Both the position numbers and the translations under genes were made by a program. A stretch of DNA of 64,000 nucleotides from Candidatus Latescibacterota bacterium (lineage in GTDB: Bacteria > Latescibacterota > UBA2968 > UBA8231), in contig OZ241362.1 in assembly GCA_965200315.1 (NCBI GenBank), positions 2,368,001 through 2,432,000 of the forward strand, in the 5' to 3' direction. The notes under the pieces are model-generated. The model saw only the letters and a program-made list of their open reading frames with translations. It was not told the DNA's origin and searched no databases. This document shows positions 38,254 to 47,643 of this stretch, piece after piece. Positions within the stretch are counted from its first letter, which is position 1. Each line of letters starts with the position of its first letter.

Positions 38254-40224
38254 TTACAACGTTCGCGTATAGGTTACAGTCAAGCTGTTAAACGAGCCGC
38301 TGCGCTGGAGACTGCGGCTGCCGCGCAAGCTGAGCTTGTTGTCGCTGCCGGCCGGATTGTAGTTAAAATTCGCCGCCAGATTCCGGTGTTTGTTGGGAAG
38401 GCGACTGAGGGAACGCAACTGGGCGAGCTCGGAGTATTCGTAATTCCACTGGCGATCGAACCTGTAGGTGTAGGTTGCGCCGGCCGAGTAGTCAGTGCTG
38501 GGCGAGTAGGTCATGCCGAATCTAAGAGTGTATCTGGCGTTTTCCTCTTCGACAATCTGGGTGCCGTTTTCCAAAATCAAGGTGCCGTCATCGTTGGCCG
38601 AATAGTTGTAGCGCGCGTTGAGTGAAAGGTCGTCGAGGATCTTGCGCCGCAGCGAATGCACCATGCTCCAGCCGCGGCGGATATTGCTTTTGCGCGACGA
38701 CTCGCGGCGATTGACTTGGCGATCAAAATCGTAAATGATGCGCTTCGCGGAGACGCTGAATCGGTGCGAAAAGGACGCGCCCAATCGCTCGTAATTGGTG
38801 CCGATATTGAGCGAAATGTCGCGGCTGCGCGAGTTGTCCACAGCGCGGGTGGCGTGCAGGTTCACGCGATGCAAAAAGATATTTTTGAGGTCGACTCTGA
38901 GCTTGGCACCCGAGCGCAGAGTGCCGTCATAGCTGAGGCTCACGCTGTTGTTGAAGGTGTCGCGGTCCTGCTTGGGGTCCCCTGGATTTTCCGAGCGTTT
39001 GATCTCGCCAAAGGTCGCCAATCGCATCGAGTGCCCATCGGCCAAGGGCCAGTTGAAAGAGCCGTTGAGAAAGAGATTGCGATTGATCTCGTCGGAGCTT
39101 GGATCGCGGCACGTTCCGTCCGCCGAGCGCGTGAAGTGGCTATCGCAAAGGCTGGTATCGGGCACCCGCACCGCCAAGCGACGCATGTCGCTGCCTTTGA
39201 AGCGAACTCTGGAATTGAAGACCAGCTTCTCAATCAGCTTGCCCGAAAGGGACGCGTCCCAGCTAAAGTTCTCGCCGAGGCGGTCTTTGCCAAAGAAGCG
39301 GTTGTCTAAATCCTGGATCGCGTTGGCGGTGTTGGTGTGCTCGTTCTGACTGTACGAGGCGCGGTTTTTTATTTTAAAGCGCCCTAGATCAAACTCCACG
39401 TTGGAGGCCAAGCTAGTGCCGCGCGTTTCCGCCAACTCGGCGCTGACCACCGTGTCGCGCACCACAGCCTCGCCTACTGTAGCCTCGCTGATGGCGCGGC
39501 GTGAGAGGCCCCTCTGAGAGCGGTTTTCAGATAGAGTCAGGCCGACGCGCACCTCGCCGGGAAAGACATAACTCACATTGCCGCTCATCCGCTCACTGCG
39601 ATCTTTGTTGTGCTCGAGCGTATCGTCTGTTTTACTCAGCGAAATCGAGTTTTTCAGCTTCTTGCCCGCAATCTCAATGTCGGGCGAGACCCGCAGCGAA
39701 GCATTGTAGCGGATCCCGGTCTCCTTTATGGTGCTGTCGAGGCTGGCGCGGCTAGCGCGGGTGGCCGAGATTAGGCTCGGGGTCAGGTTGGCATTCAGGC
39801 TCTTGAATGGACCGCTGCTCAACGGCTTAGATCTAAATCCAAAGTTAAAGGACTGGCTGCGCGTCTTCTGCTTGTGCAGCGTTACGTTGCGCGTGCTCAT
39901 GCTGGCACCGAGGCTGATGGTGGCCTTTGGGCCGAGAATGGGATAGTTGATTGAAGAGCTGCCCGAGGCATCGTCCTGCCAACTCTTGCCGGTGCTGCGA
40001 TCGTCGAGGCTAAACTTCATTCTCGCCCGTGCGTTAATCGTCAGCTTGGAGGTCGAGTCCCCCACCGCCGAGAACCGCACGGGCGTCGAGTAGCTCCAGC
40101 TAGGAAACGAATGGTTCCAAGAGGTTCGGGAACTGGAGCGGTTAAAGTTGAGCGTGTACTGTGCATCGGCCGCCGTCCATGCGACCAACACCAGCCAACC
40201 CGCGTACCACAAGACCGGCTTCAC
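38254..40224 (-). CDS. Hypothetical outer-membrane beta-barrel protein (GTG start overlapping rsmA stop)
   Basis: Signal peptide ending ADA; many alternating amphipathic strands; 656 aa. Confidence 0.7.
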   Translation of the reverse strand: MKPVLWYAGWLVLVAWTAADAQYTLNFNRSSSRTSWNHSFPSWSYSTPVRFSAVGDSTSKLTINARARMKFSLDDRSTGKSWQDDASGSSSINYPILGPKATISLGASMSTRNVTLHKQKTRSQSFNFGFRSKPLSSGPFKSLNANLTPSLISATRASRASLDSTIKETGIRYNASLRVSPDIEIAGKKLKNSISLSKTDDTLEHNKDRSERMSGNVSYVFPGEVRVGLTLSENRSQRGLSRRAISEATVGEAVVRDTVVSAELAETRGTSLASNVEFDLGRFKIKNRASYSQNEHTNTANAIQDLDNRFFGKDRLGENFSWDASLSGKLIEKLVFNSRVRFKGSDMRRLAVRVPDTSLCDSHFTRSADGTCRDPSSDEINRNLFLNGSFNWPLADGHSMRLATFGEIKRSENPGDPKQDRDTFNNSVSLSYDGTLRSGAKLRVDLKNIFLHRVNLHATRAVDNSRSRDISLNIGTNYERLGASFSHRFSVSAKRIIYDFDRQVNRRESSRKSNIRRGWSMVHSLRRKILDDLSLNARYNYSANDDGTLILENGTQIVEEENARYTLRFGMTYSPSTDYSAGATYTYRFDRQWNYEYSELAQLRSLSRLPNKHRNLAANFNYNPAGSDNKLSLRGSRSLQRSGSFNSLTVTYTRTL

Positions 40225-41048
40225 GGCCCATCCTTTCCCAAATGCGAGCAGGCGTCGCTCAGCCGGATGAATTCCTCTAGCGACAATTCCTCCGGGCGGC
40301 GCGTTAGTTCGATACCTGCCTGCTGGCCCAGCGCTTCCAGCCAAGGCCGCCCGCCCTCGGGATTGAGACCGAGGAGCGAATTGCGCAGCATCTTGCGCCG
40401 CTGGCCAAAGGCTCGGCGCACCAAGCGGTCGAAACAGTCCATGTCCTGTACCGCGTAGAGGGGCTTGGAAGCAAAGCGCAACTCGACTACAGACGAATCC
40501 ACGGCCGGCACGGGCCGGAAGCAATCGCGTCCCACCTGCAAGCTCATCTCCACTTCGGCGCGCATAGTCACCAGCACGGACAACAGGCCGTAATCCTTTG
40601 AACCGGGGCTGGCGACCAAGCGCCGAGCTACTTCGCGTTGGACCATGACGATGGCACGGCTGATACAATCGGCGTGAGCAAGGAGGTGAAAGATCAATGG
40701 AGCGGTGATGTTGTAGGGAAGATTGCCGACGATCAGCAGGCGGCACCCGCCCGCGTCCCGCAGAACTTCTCTCAGATCAACCTGCAGAATATCTCCTTCG
40801 ATCAAGCGCAACTTACGCGCATCTTGGTGTGCGCGCAGCAAGGCCACTAAGTCGCGGTCAATTTCCACGGCCACCAAGTGATCCACAGCAGCGAGTAGCA
40901 CTTCAGTCAACGCGCCCCGGCCCGGGCCAATCTCGACCACCACCTCGCCAGCGGCCGGGCGCACCAACCCCGCAATGGCCTCTATAACACCCCGGGCGAC
41001 GAGGAAGTGCTGGGCAAAGCGCAACCGCGGTCGGTGGGCGTTTACCAA
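40221..41048 (-). CDS. rsmA: 16S rRNA dimethyladenosine transferase
   Basis: QHFL, EIGPGRGALT, GNLPYNIT, MVQREVA, QRRKMLRN; start approximate. Confidence 0.95.
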   Translation of the reverse strand: MVNAHRPRLRFAQHFLVARGVIEAIAGLVRPAAGEVVVEIGPGRGALTEVLLAAVDHLVAVEIDRDLVALLRAHQDARKLRLIEGDILQVDLREVLRDAGGCRLLIVGNLPYNITAPLIFHLLAHADCISRAIVMVQREVARRLVASPGSKDYGLLSVLVTMRAEVEMSLQVGRDCFRPVPAVDSSVVELRFASKPLYAVQDMDCFDRLVRRAFGQRRKMLRNSLLGLNPEGGRPWLEALGQQAGIELTRRPEELSLEEFIRLSDACSHLGKDGP

Positions 41049-42181
41049 CGTCGCGCCCTCACCAAGCTGGGGTCGAGTGGAGGCATTAGTGCTGTTCCCC
41101 CTCGACGCAAGCCGCGCCACAGGTCGGTCAACACCAACTGAGGATTGGCATTGTGCCCTAGGGTCTCGGCTGCTCTGTCGATCTCCAAGGCGACTCGGGC
41201 TGCGTCTATTTTCTCTAGCAGGTTTTCCAAATAAGGACGCCGATCTACCTGGACGATAGATGCGCCTTGGCCGTGCGCCAACAGGAAGAGATCCCGTAGA
41301 TACAGGCCGCAGACCTGCAAAAAACGCTCTAGCTGTCCCCGATCTCCCCCCAACTCCTCAAGGATGCTCCAATAGACCTCGTCCCGCTGCTCCGAGCCAC
41401 CACTGAGAAACAACTCAACTAGCTGCCGCGTCCCGTCAAACGCCCCAGCCGCCACCTCTTTGGCCTGCTGCAACGAACCAGCCCCCATGCGCACAGCCAG
41501 TTCCAAACGCTCCCCAGCCACGCCCTCTTGTTCGAGCTGCGACCGCAAGGTCGCTGCATCTAAGGGACTCAAAATCATGCGCTGGCAGCGCGAGAGCACG
41601 GTGGGCAAAAGGCGCTCTGGTGCAGCCGAAACCAGCGCGATGACGGCCCGGGGTGGTGGCTCTTCCAAGAGCTTGAGCAGCGAATTGGCACCCGCCGGGT
41701 GCATTCGATCGGCGGCGAAGATCAGGCCGACTTTGCGCTGGGATTCCGTCGGCGCAAATGCCAACTCCCTTTGCAACTGGCGCAGGTGCTCCACCGCGAT
41801 ATTGGCGTTGCCGGGGATGGCTGCGCCCGCGTCGTGAACGTACTCCACTACGGACTCGCGCAAGTCCGCCAGCGCCAGCCGCTGCTTGCCTCGGCGCGGA
41901 GGCAATGGCAATGCGGTGTGGAGGTCGGGATGTATGAACGAAGCGACCTTGCGACAGCTCGGGCAACGATTGCAGGGAGAAGGGCCGCTGTCCGTACACA
42001 ACAGAGCCTGTGCCCACGCGAGCGCAAAGCGTCGTTTGCCGGTTCCCTCGGCCCCGCAGATGAGAACCGCATGAGGGATGCGGCCCGATTCGAGCCACGC
42101 TGTAGCCACGGCCCCAGCCCGATCTCGACGGGCCAGATCGCTAAACTCCCCAGAGTGCGGGATGCCGCCCGTGCTGTACAA
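41042..42181 (-). CDS. holB: DNA polymerase III subunit delta'
   Basis: GRIPHAVL, PC.RC.SC, HPDL, ANSLLKLLEEPP, LLPTVLSRCQ. Confidence 0.88.
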   Translation of the reverse strand: MYSTGGIPHSGEFSDLARRDRAGAVATAWLESGRIPHAVLICGAEGTGKRRFALAWAQALLCTDSGPSPCNRCPSCRKVASFIHPDLHTALPLPPRRGKQRLALADLRESVVEYVHDAGAAIPGNANIAVEHLRQLQRELAFAPTESQRKVGLIFAADRMHPAGANSLLKLLEEPPPRAVIALVSAAPERLLPTVLSRCQRMILSPLDAATLRSQLEQEGVAGERLELAVRMGAGSLQQAKEVAAGAFDGTRQLVELFLSGGSEQRDEVYWSILEELGGDRGQLERFLQVCGLYLRDLFLLAHGQGASIVQVDRRPYLENLLEKIDAARVALEIDRAAETLGHNANPQLVLTDLWRGLRRGGTALMPPLDPSLVRARRW

Positions 42182-42189
42182 GCCAATCC

Positions 42190-43299
42190 TTATTCCTGCA
42201 ACAGGCTCTCTTGGTTGTCCAGAGCAAAAAAGTGGGCTTTGTCTATCTCGACGACCAACCGCACCGTTTGGTCAACTTGCGGCATGTGTAGCGGATCGAC
42301 GCGGGCGACAAAAGCGGTTTTGCCGGTGGTCAGATTGAGAAAGACCTCGTTGCCCATGGGTTCGACCACTTCGACCTTAGCCGCAATTTCGACGGTCTCG
42401 ACATTGCGGCCAATGGTATCCGGGTCGTGGATGTCTTCCGGGCGAATGCCCAGCGTCACTTCCTGACCCAAGTAGCTGCCTAGCTGTTCGCCGTGGCCGG
42501 CGGGCAGGGTGAGTTGCACACTGCCTTCGTCGAAGACTAGACCGCTGCCGTTAGAGGTCAGCTTGCCGCGGATGAAGTTCATGGAGGGGCTGCCGATAAA
42601 GCCGGCGACGAACTGGTTGACGGGTTTGTTGTAGAGATGGAGAGGCTTGTCAATCTGCTGGATTAGGCCATCGCGCATAACCACGATGCGGTCTCCCATG
42701 GTCATGGCCTCGACTTGGTCGTGCGTCACGTACACCATGGTGGCCCCTAAGCGGGTGTGCAACTTGCTGATCTCGGTGCGCATCTGCACCCTCAGCTTGG
42801 CGTCGAGGTTGGAGAGCGGTTCGTCAAAGAGGAATACCTTGGGCTTGCGGACGATCGCACGCCCCACTGCCACGCGCTGGCGCTGACCGCCCGAAAGCGC
42901 TTTAGGCTTGCGCTCTAGCAAGTCTTGGATGCCGAGTATATCGGCCGCTTCTTGCACCCGCGCCTCAATCTCGTCTTTGGGATATTTCCGCAGCTTAAGG
43001 CCAAAGGCCATGTTTTGATAGACGCTCATGTGCGGGTAGAGCGCGTAATTCTGGAATACCATGGCGATGTCGCGGTCCTTGGGGGGCACGTCGTTGACGA
43101 TCGTCCCATCTATCGAAATCTCGCCTGCGGTGATTTCCTCAAGCCCGGCAATCATCCGCAGCGTCGTGGACTTGCCGCAGCCTGAAGGGCCGACGAGCAC
43201 CACGAATTCTTTGTCTCTGATCTCGATATTGGCATCGTCCACCGCCACCACGTCTTTGTCGTATACTTTGCGGATATTCTTCAAAATTACTTCAGCCAT
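42190..43299 (-). CDS. Sugar ABC transporter ATP-binding protein (MalK/MsmX/UgpC type)
   Basis: [40 protein letters not shown]-terminus. Confidence 0.95.
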   Translation of the reverse strand: MAEVILKNIRKVYDKDVVAVDDANIEIRDKEFVVLVGPSGCGKSTTLRMIAGLEEITAGEISIDGTIVNDVPPKDRDIAMVFQNYALYPHMSVYQNMAFGLKLRKYPKDEIEARVQEAADILGIQDLLERKPKALSGGQRQRVAVGRAIVRKPKVFLFDEPLSNLDAKLRVQMRTEISKLHTRLGATMVYVTHDQVEAMTMGDRIVVMRDGLIQQIDKPLHLYNKPVNQFVAGFIGSPSMNFIRGKLTSNGSGLVFDEGSVQLTLPAGHGEQLGSYLGQEVTLGIRPEDIHDPDTIGRNVETVEIAAKVEVVEPMGNEVFLNLTTGKTAFVARVDPLHMPQVDQTVRLVVEIDKAHFFALDNQESLLQE

Positions 43300-43370
43300 C
43301 GCGTCCCTCTTCTGCTGTTATGGGCTTTGACAGTTATTGAGCTAGAAAGAGTTAGAGTATAATAAATAAA

Positions 43371-43826
43371 TTACAAAATCTCTATGTTGCACTCCATTAA
43401 AACGGCGGCGTCCGGGGGATCGCTATAGTACGCCGCCCGCCGCCCTACGGTTCGGAACCCCGCCTTGTGATAAAGCGCCCGTGCGGCCCGATTTGCCGAG
43501 CGCACTTCAAGCGCACAACAGCTAGCACCTTGTGCTGAGGCCACGCGCAACATCCGCCCCAACAACTGCCCAGCCCAGCCCCGGTTCCGATACGCCGGAT
43601 CTACGGCGAGATTGGCGAGGTGAAAATAGCGGTCAGCGAAATAACCCAAGGCATAGCCGATTAGTTTGCCGCAGTGCAAAAGCCCCAAACACAGGGCCTC
43701 TCTATCTGCAAGTAAGTAGCAAAAATCGGCCTCGCTCCACGGATTGGCGAAAGAGCCTCGCTCAATCTCCATCAAGCGATGTAGGTGGATCGGCCCTAGC
43801 GGAACGAAGCAACTGTCGCCGCTCAT
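43371..43826 (-). CDS. rimI: Ribosomal-protein-alanine N-acetyltransferase
   Basis: IE..SF..PWS, LAVDP.YR..G, LEVRSAN..A..LY, R..YY; follows tsaB. Confidence 0.88.
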   Translation of the reverse strand: MSGDSCFVPLGPIHLHRLMEIERGSFANPWSEADFCYLLADREALCLGLLHCGKLIGYALGYFADRYFHLANLAVDPAYRNRGWAGQLLGRMLRVASAQGASCCALEVRSANRAARALYHKAGFRTVGRRAAYYSDPPDAAVLMECNIEIL

Positions 43827-44521
43827 GCCCGCGCTAGGGGACGAGCATCGGGCGAGCGCAAGTAATCGGGTTCCACTGAGGCCAAGTCCGCAGTCTGGCC
43901 CTTCTCCAGCTTGGATAGCGCCAGCCAGCCAATAGTCCCAGCGTCGGGACGGGCGCAGGGCAGGGGAGCAAATTGCGCGGCCGAGTTGGCTGCCAACAGA
44001 TCGCGATAGGCCGTGGCTCCGTCTCCGGTGTAAATTGTCGCCGTGCGGGCGCGCTCTTGGACCAACTGCGCTGGCGCGATGGCCCGGGGCGGCATCACTT
44101 CAACCGGAACGCCCGTCGCCGTGTCGTAGAGAGCGGCATAGACCTCGCGCTTGCGCGCGTCGAGGACACTACAGACGGGTAGGCGGGCAAAGGGTAGGCG
44201 GGCAGCCAATGCTTCCAGCGTTGAAACGACCACTAGATCCTTAGCTGCGGCCAAACACAAGCCCTTAGCTGCGCTCAGCCCGATCCTCAGGCCAGTAAAG
44301 GACCCCGGCCCAATCGCGACGGCTACGGCCCGCACTTTCCCGACATCTATGCCTGCGGCCTCTAGTGCGGCCTCTACCTCGCCGAACAGCCGCTGCGAAT
44401 GCTGCAATCCCACGTCGAAATAGCGGCTGACGACGATCCCTTCTGCCGCACAAAGCGCCACGCTGCCGACCGCGGTAGCCGTATCCAACGCCAGAATCAC
44501 GCCACAGCCGGGTGCGCTCAT
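43823..44521 (-). CDS. tsaB: tRNA threonylcarbamoyladenosine biosynthesis protein
   Basis: ILALDTAT, GPGSFTGLRIG, DARKREVY, P.YLR. Confidence 0.94.
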   Translation of the reverse strand: MSAPGCGVILALDTATAVGSVALCAAEGIVVSRYFDVGLQHSQRLFGEVEAALEAAGIDVGKVRAVAVAIGPGSFTGLRIGLSAAKGLCLAAAKDLVVVSTLEALAARLPFARLPVCSVLDARKREVYAALYDTATGVPVEVMPPRAIAPAQLVQERARTATIYTGDGATAYRDLLAANSAAQFAPLPCARPDAGTIGWLALSKLEKGQTADLASVEPDYLRSPDARPLARA

Positions 44522-45543
44522 AAAAGCTCCAATTGCTCGCCGAGGCTTGGCGGAGGCTCAAAGCCGAGGCGATCCCAAGCGCGTGGCATAGCCACGCGGC
44601 CCCTTGGAGTGCGCTTGATAAACCCCTCCTTAATCAAGTAAGGCTCGACTACTTCCTCAATTGTCTCGGCCTCCTCGCCGATTATAGCCGCTAAATTGCT
44701 CAAACCGACCGGGCCGCCGTTGAATTTTTCAATAATGGCCCGCAGCAGCGTGATATCCATCTCATCAAGCCCCAGCTCGTCAACGCTATGGATGACGAGT
44801 GCCTTTTGCACCACCTCGGCGTCAATCTCGCCTTCGCCTTGCACTTGAGCAAAATCGCGCGCTCGGCGCAGCCAGCGCTTGGCAATCCGCGCTGTACCGC
44901 GAGAGCGACGGGCAATTTCCATCGCGCCCGACTCTGAAACTGAGAAATTCAGCAGGCGAGCGTCGCGCTTGACGATCTCGGCAAGTTCGGCGACCGAGTA
45001 GTAGTCGAGGTGGGCAGTAAGCCCAAAGCGCGCACGCATCGGCGAAGTCAACAGGCCCTGGCGAGTCGTGGCCCCAACTAAAGTGAAAGGCTCCAACGGC
45101 ACGCTGACCGAGCGGGCCGCCGGGCCTTGGTCGATTATGATGTCAATTTTGAAGTCCTCCATCGCCGAGTACAGGTATTCTTCGACCACGCGGTTGACGC
45201 GGTGAATCTCGTCGATGAAGAGCACGTCGCGCGGCTCCATGGTCGTGAGCATGCCAGCTAACTCACTTGGACGTTCGAGCAAAGGCCCTGAAGTGGGATA
45301 GATTTCAACGCCCAACTCTTTGGCGATCACATAGGAAAGCGTCGTCTTGCCCAGACCAGGCGGACCGTATAGCAGCACATGGTCCATGGCTTCGCCGCGC
45401 TGCCGAGCGGCTTCAATAGCAATGCCTAGCTGCTGCTTGGTCTTCTCTTGGCCCAGCATCTCGGCAAGGGACTGAGGACGCAGCGTATTGTCGAACTGAA
45501 GGTCGTCGCCTCCCCCATTAGGATCTATGGGTCGATGGTCCAT
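44518..45543 (-). CDS. ruvB: Holliday junction DNA helicase
   Basis: LRPQSL, GPPGLGKT, FIDEIHR, GATTR, GGPVG, RTPRGR. Confidence 0.97.
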   Translation of the reverse strand: MDHRPIDPNGGGDDLQFDNTLRPQSLAEMLGQEKTKQQLGIAIEAARQRGEAMDHVLLYGPPGLGKTTLSYVIAKELGVEIYPTSGPLLERPSELAGMLTTMEPRDVLFIDEIHRVNRVVEEYLYSAMEDFKIDIIIDQGPAARSVSVPLEPFTLVGATTRQGLLTSPMRARFGLTAHLDYYSVAELAEIVKRDARLLNFSVSESGAMEIARRSRGTARIAKRWLRRARDFAQVQGEGEIDAEVVQKALVIHSVDELGLDEMDITLLRAIIEKFNGGPVGLSNLAAIIGEEAETIEEVVEPYLIKEGFIKRTPRGRVAMPRAWDRLGFEPPPSLGEQLELL

Positions 45544-45553
45544 AGCCGAGCCT

Positions 45554-46144
45554 TCAGTGCTCCTTGAGGGCCAGTTTGATTAGCTGTTGCACACTCAGGT
45601 CGGTGCCGTGCTTTTCGACAGCCCTGCGCACCGCTTGGCGAGCGGCAGTTGCTACGTACCCCAACGTCATCAGAGCCTTTGCCGCCTCCTCGCTCGCGCC
45701 AGGTTTAGCCTCCAAGGCCGCTTCGCCTGCCGCCGGGACACTCAAGCCGATCTTGTCCTTCAGATCGAGCACCAAGCGTTCTGCGGTCTTGCGACCAATG
45801 CCCTTGATCGCCGTCAGTTCGGCTACGCGCTCCTGCAAGATGGCCGCCTGCAAATCGCGTAGGGTCGTGCCCGACAGCACGGTCAACGCCGAATGAGGGC
45901 CGATGCCCGAAACGCCGATCAGCAACTCAAAAAGCTCTCGCTCTTCCTCATCGGCAAAGCCGAAAAGCTCCATACGGTCTTCGCGCACGTAGAGATAGGT
46001 GAACAAATGGGCTCCCTCGGAGGCCGGGGGTAGTTGGTCGAAAGTTATCAGGGATATGGCCAAACCATAACCCACTCCGCCGACGTCGACGACGGCATGG
46101 GTAGGTGATTTGGACAGGAGTGTTCCACGCAAGTGTGTTATCAC
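45554..46144 (-). CDS. ruvA: Holliday junction branch migration protein (GTG start)
   Basis: DVGGVGY, VRED...LFGF, VSGIGP, IKGIGRKTAER. Confidence 0.95.
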   Translation of the reverse strand: MITHLRGTLLSKSPTHAVVDVGGVGYGLAISLITFDQLPPASEGAHLFTYLYVREDRMELFGFADEEERELFELLIGVSGIGPHSALTVLSGTTLRDLQAAILQERVAELTAIKGIGRKTAERLVLDLKDKIGLSVPAAGEAALEAKPGASEEAAKALMTLGYVATAARQAVRRAVEKHGTDLSVQQLIKLALKEH

Positions 46145-46152
46145 GGATATAC

Positions 46153-46692
46153 CTAATGCCGGACCATGCGGCTGAGCAAAGCCTCTATCTCGGGCTTGCG
46201 CTGTCCTCGGCCCTCGCATAAAACCCGACCGGACTGCTGGGTGTGACATAGCGCGATAGCCAAGGCGTCTGATGCATCGAGGGGCTTGGGTAGTTCCTTC
46301 AGACCCAAGCTGCGGGCCACCATGAACTGGACCTGTTGCTTGGTCGCTTGACCATTTCCGGTCACCGACCTTTTAACCATCGTCGGCGCATAGTGAGCAA
46401 TGGGCAAGCCGGCTTTGCGCATGGCGATGAGCAGGACACCTCTCGCTTGGCCTAGCTTGGCCGCCGCGGTGGCGTCCTTGCCGAAGAACGTGGTTTCGAT
46501 CGCACCCTGGCCTGGGGCGTAGTCGCCGATGAGCCGCGTCATCTCGTCGAACATGTAAACCAGCCGATCCTCAAACTCATCTTCCCTAGGGCGAATACAG
46601 CCGCAGGCAACATAGCGGGCCTTGCGCTTGCTGTATTCGACGAAGCCGTAGCCCGTGTTCGTGCTGCTAGGATCTACTCCAAGGACGAGCAA
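46153..46692 (-). CDS. ruvC: Crossover junction endodeoxyribonuclease
   Basis: LGVDP, LGQARG, G.G.ATK.QV, DASDALAIA. Confidence 0.95.
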   Translation of the reverse strand: MLVLGVDPSSTNTGYGFVEYSKRKARYVACGCIRPREDEFEDRLVYMFDEMTRLIGDYAPGQGAIETTFFGKDATAAAKLGQARGVLLIAMRKAGLPIAHYAPTMVKRSVTGNGQATKQQVQFMVARSLGLKELPKPLDASDALAIALCHTQQSGRVLCEGRGQRKPEIEALLSRMVRH

Positions 46693-46704
46693 AACGAAGA
46701 CCCA

Positions 46705-47463
46705 CTAGGCCTGAGCCATGAGTTTTTCGAGCTCGTCTTCTCGGAGATCGAAATTGGAAAAGACCTTCTGTACGTCGTCTAGATCCTCCAATGCTTCGAG
46801 GAGGCGGATAATTTTCTCGGCCTCTTCGCCTTGTACTTCGAGCACATTTTCGCTTTTGGGCATCCAAGCCAACGTCGCCTCGGCGAAGGCAATGCCGTTG
46901 GCCTCCAGTGCCTTTTTAACCGGCTCCAAGTCGGCAACTGGAGTCGTTACTTCGTGGACTTGGTCGCCATCTTGGATATCCTCACCTCCCGCATCCACGA
47001 CCGCCAATAGGAGGTCGTCTTCGGAAACAAGGGCCTTGTCCACTTCGATAACGCCCTTGTGTTCAAACATCCAAGCTACCGCCCCACTTTCTGCGAGGTT
47101 GCCGTTGTACTTCGTGAATACGTGGCGAATTTCGGAAACCGTGCGGTTGCGGTTGTCCGATAGGGTTTCGACCATGATGGCCACCCCACCGGGGCCATAG
47201 CCTTCAAAGAGTCCCTCCTCGTATATCGCCCCCGGCTCGTCGCCAGTGCCGCGGCGTATGGCGCGCTCAATGGTTGCCGCGGGCATATTGGCCGCTTTGG
47301 CATTCTGGACTGCCGTGCGCAGACTTGGATTGACTCCCTCAGCGCCTCCGCTACGGGCCGCCACTGAAATCTCGCGGATCAACTTCGTAAAAATTTTGCC
47401 GCGCTTGGCGTCGTTGGCACCTTTTTTGCGCTTGATTGTACTCCATTTGGAGTGGCCAGACAT
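46705..47463 (-). CDS. yebC: YebC/PmpR family protein
   Basis: MSGHSKWSTIKRKK, EGYGPGG, DNRNRT, DDVQKVFSN. Confidence 0.96.
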   Translation of the reverse strand: MSGHSKWSTIKRKKGANDAKRGKIFTKLIREISVAARSGGAEGVNPSLRTAVQNAKAANMPAATIERAIRRGTGDEPGAIYEEGLFEGYGPGGVAIMVETLSDNRNRTVSEIRHVFTKYNGNLAESGAVAWMFEHKGVIEVDKALVSEDDLLLAVVDAGGEDIQDGDQVHEVTTPVADLEPVKKALEANGIAFAEATLAWMPKSENVLEVQGEEAEKIIRLLEALEDLDDVQKVFSNFDLREDELEKLMAQA

Positions 47464-47581
47464 CGGCTGTATCTCCTTGCCAATCCTCGCTCGCGCTCTT
47501 ACTACTCAAAGCAGAAGCACCGTTTGAAAAAAACCGACTGTTCTCTATGACAGTATTAAGATAAAAAACCCGCGCAATCCA

Positions 47582-47620
47582 AAAAGCAAAGGGCCGCCGA
47601 CCGCTTGGCCGACCGCCCTT
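47582..47620 (-). terminator. Probable intrinsic terminator after the EF-G paralog
   Basis: Imperfect GC hairpin AAGGGCGGTCGGCC-AAGC-GGTCGGCGGCCCTT followed by a T-rich tract. Confidence 0.55.
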
Positions 47621-47643
47621 CACAACGGGTAAAAGCAAGTCGC

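Noticed and set aside
38254-40746. 830-aa version of the barrel ORF, and extended N-termini of recA, dnaX, ruvA and rsmA in the ORF track
   Set aside because: The extensions overlap upstream genes or RNAs; internal starts with RBS, signal peptide or family-typical N-termini fit better.
43327-43363. Plus-strand TTGACA and TATAAT hexamers suggesting an antisense promoter into rimI
   Set aside because: The spacing is 25 nt (or 15 nt from TTGAGC), which is not compatible with sigma70; probably just AT-rich intergenic DNA.
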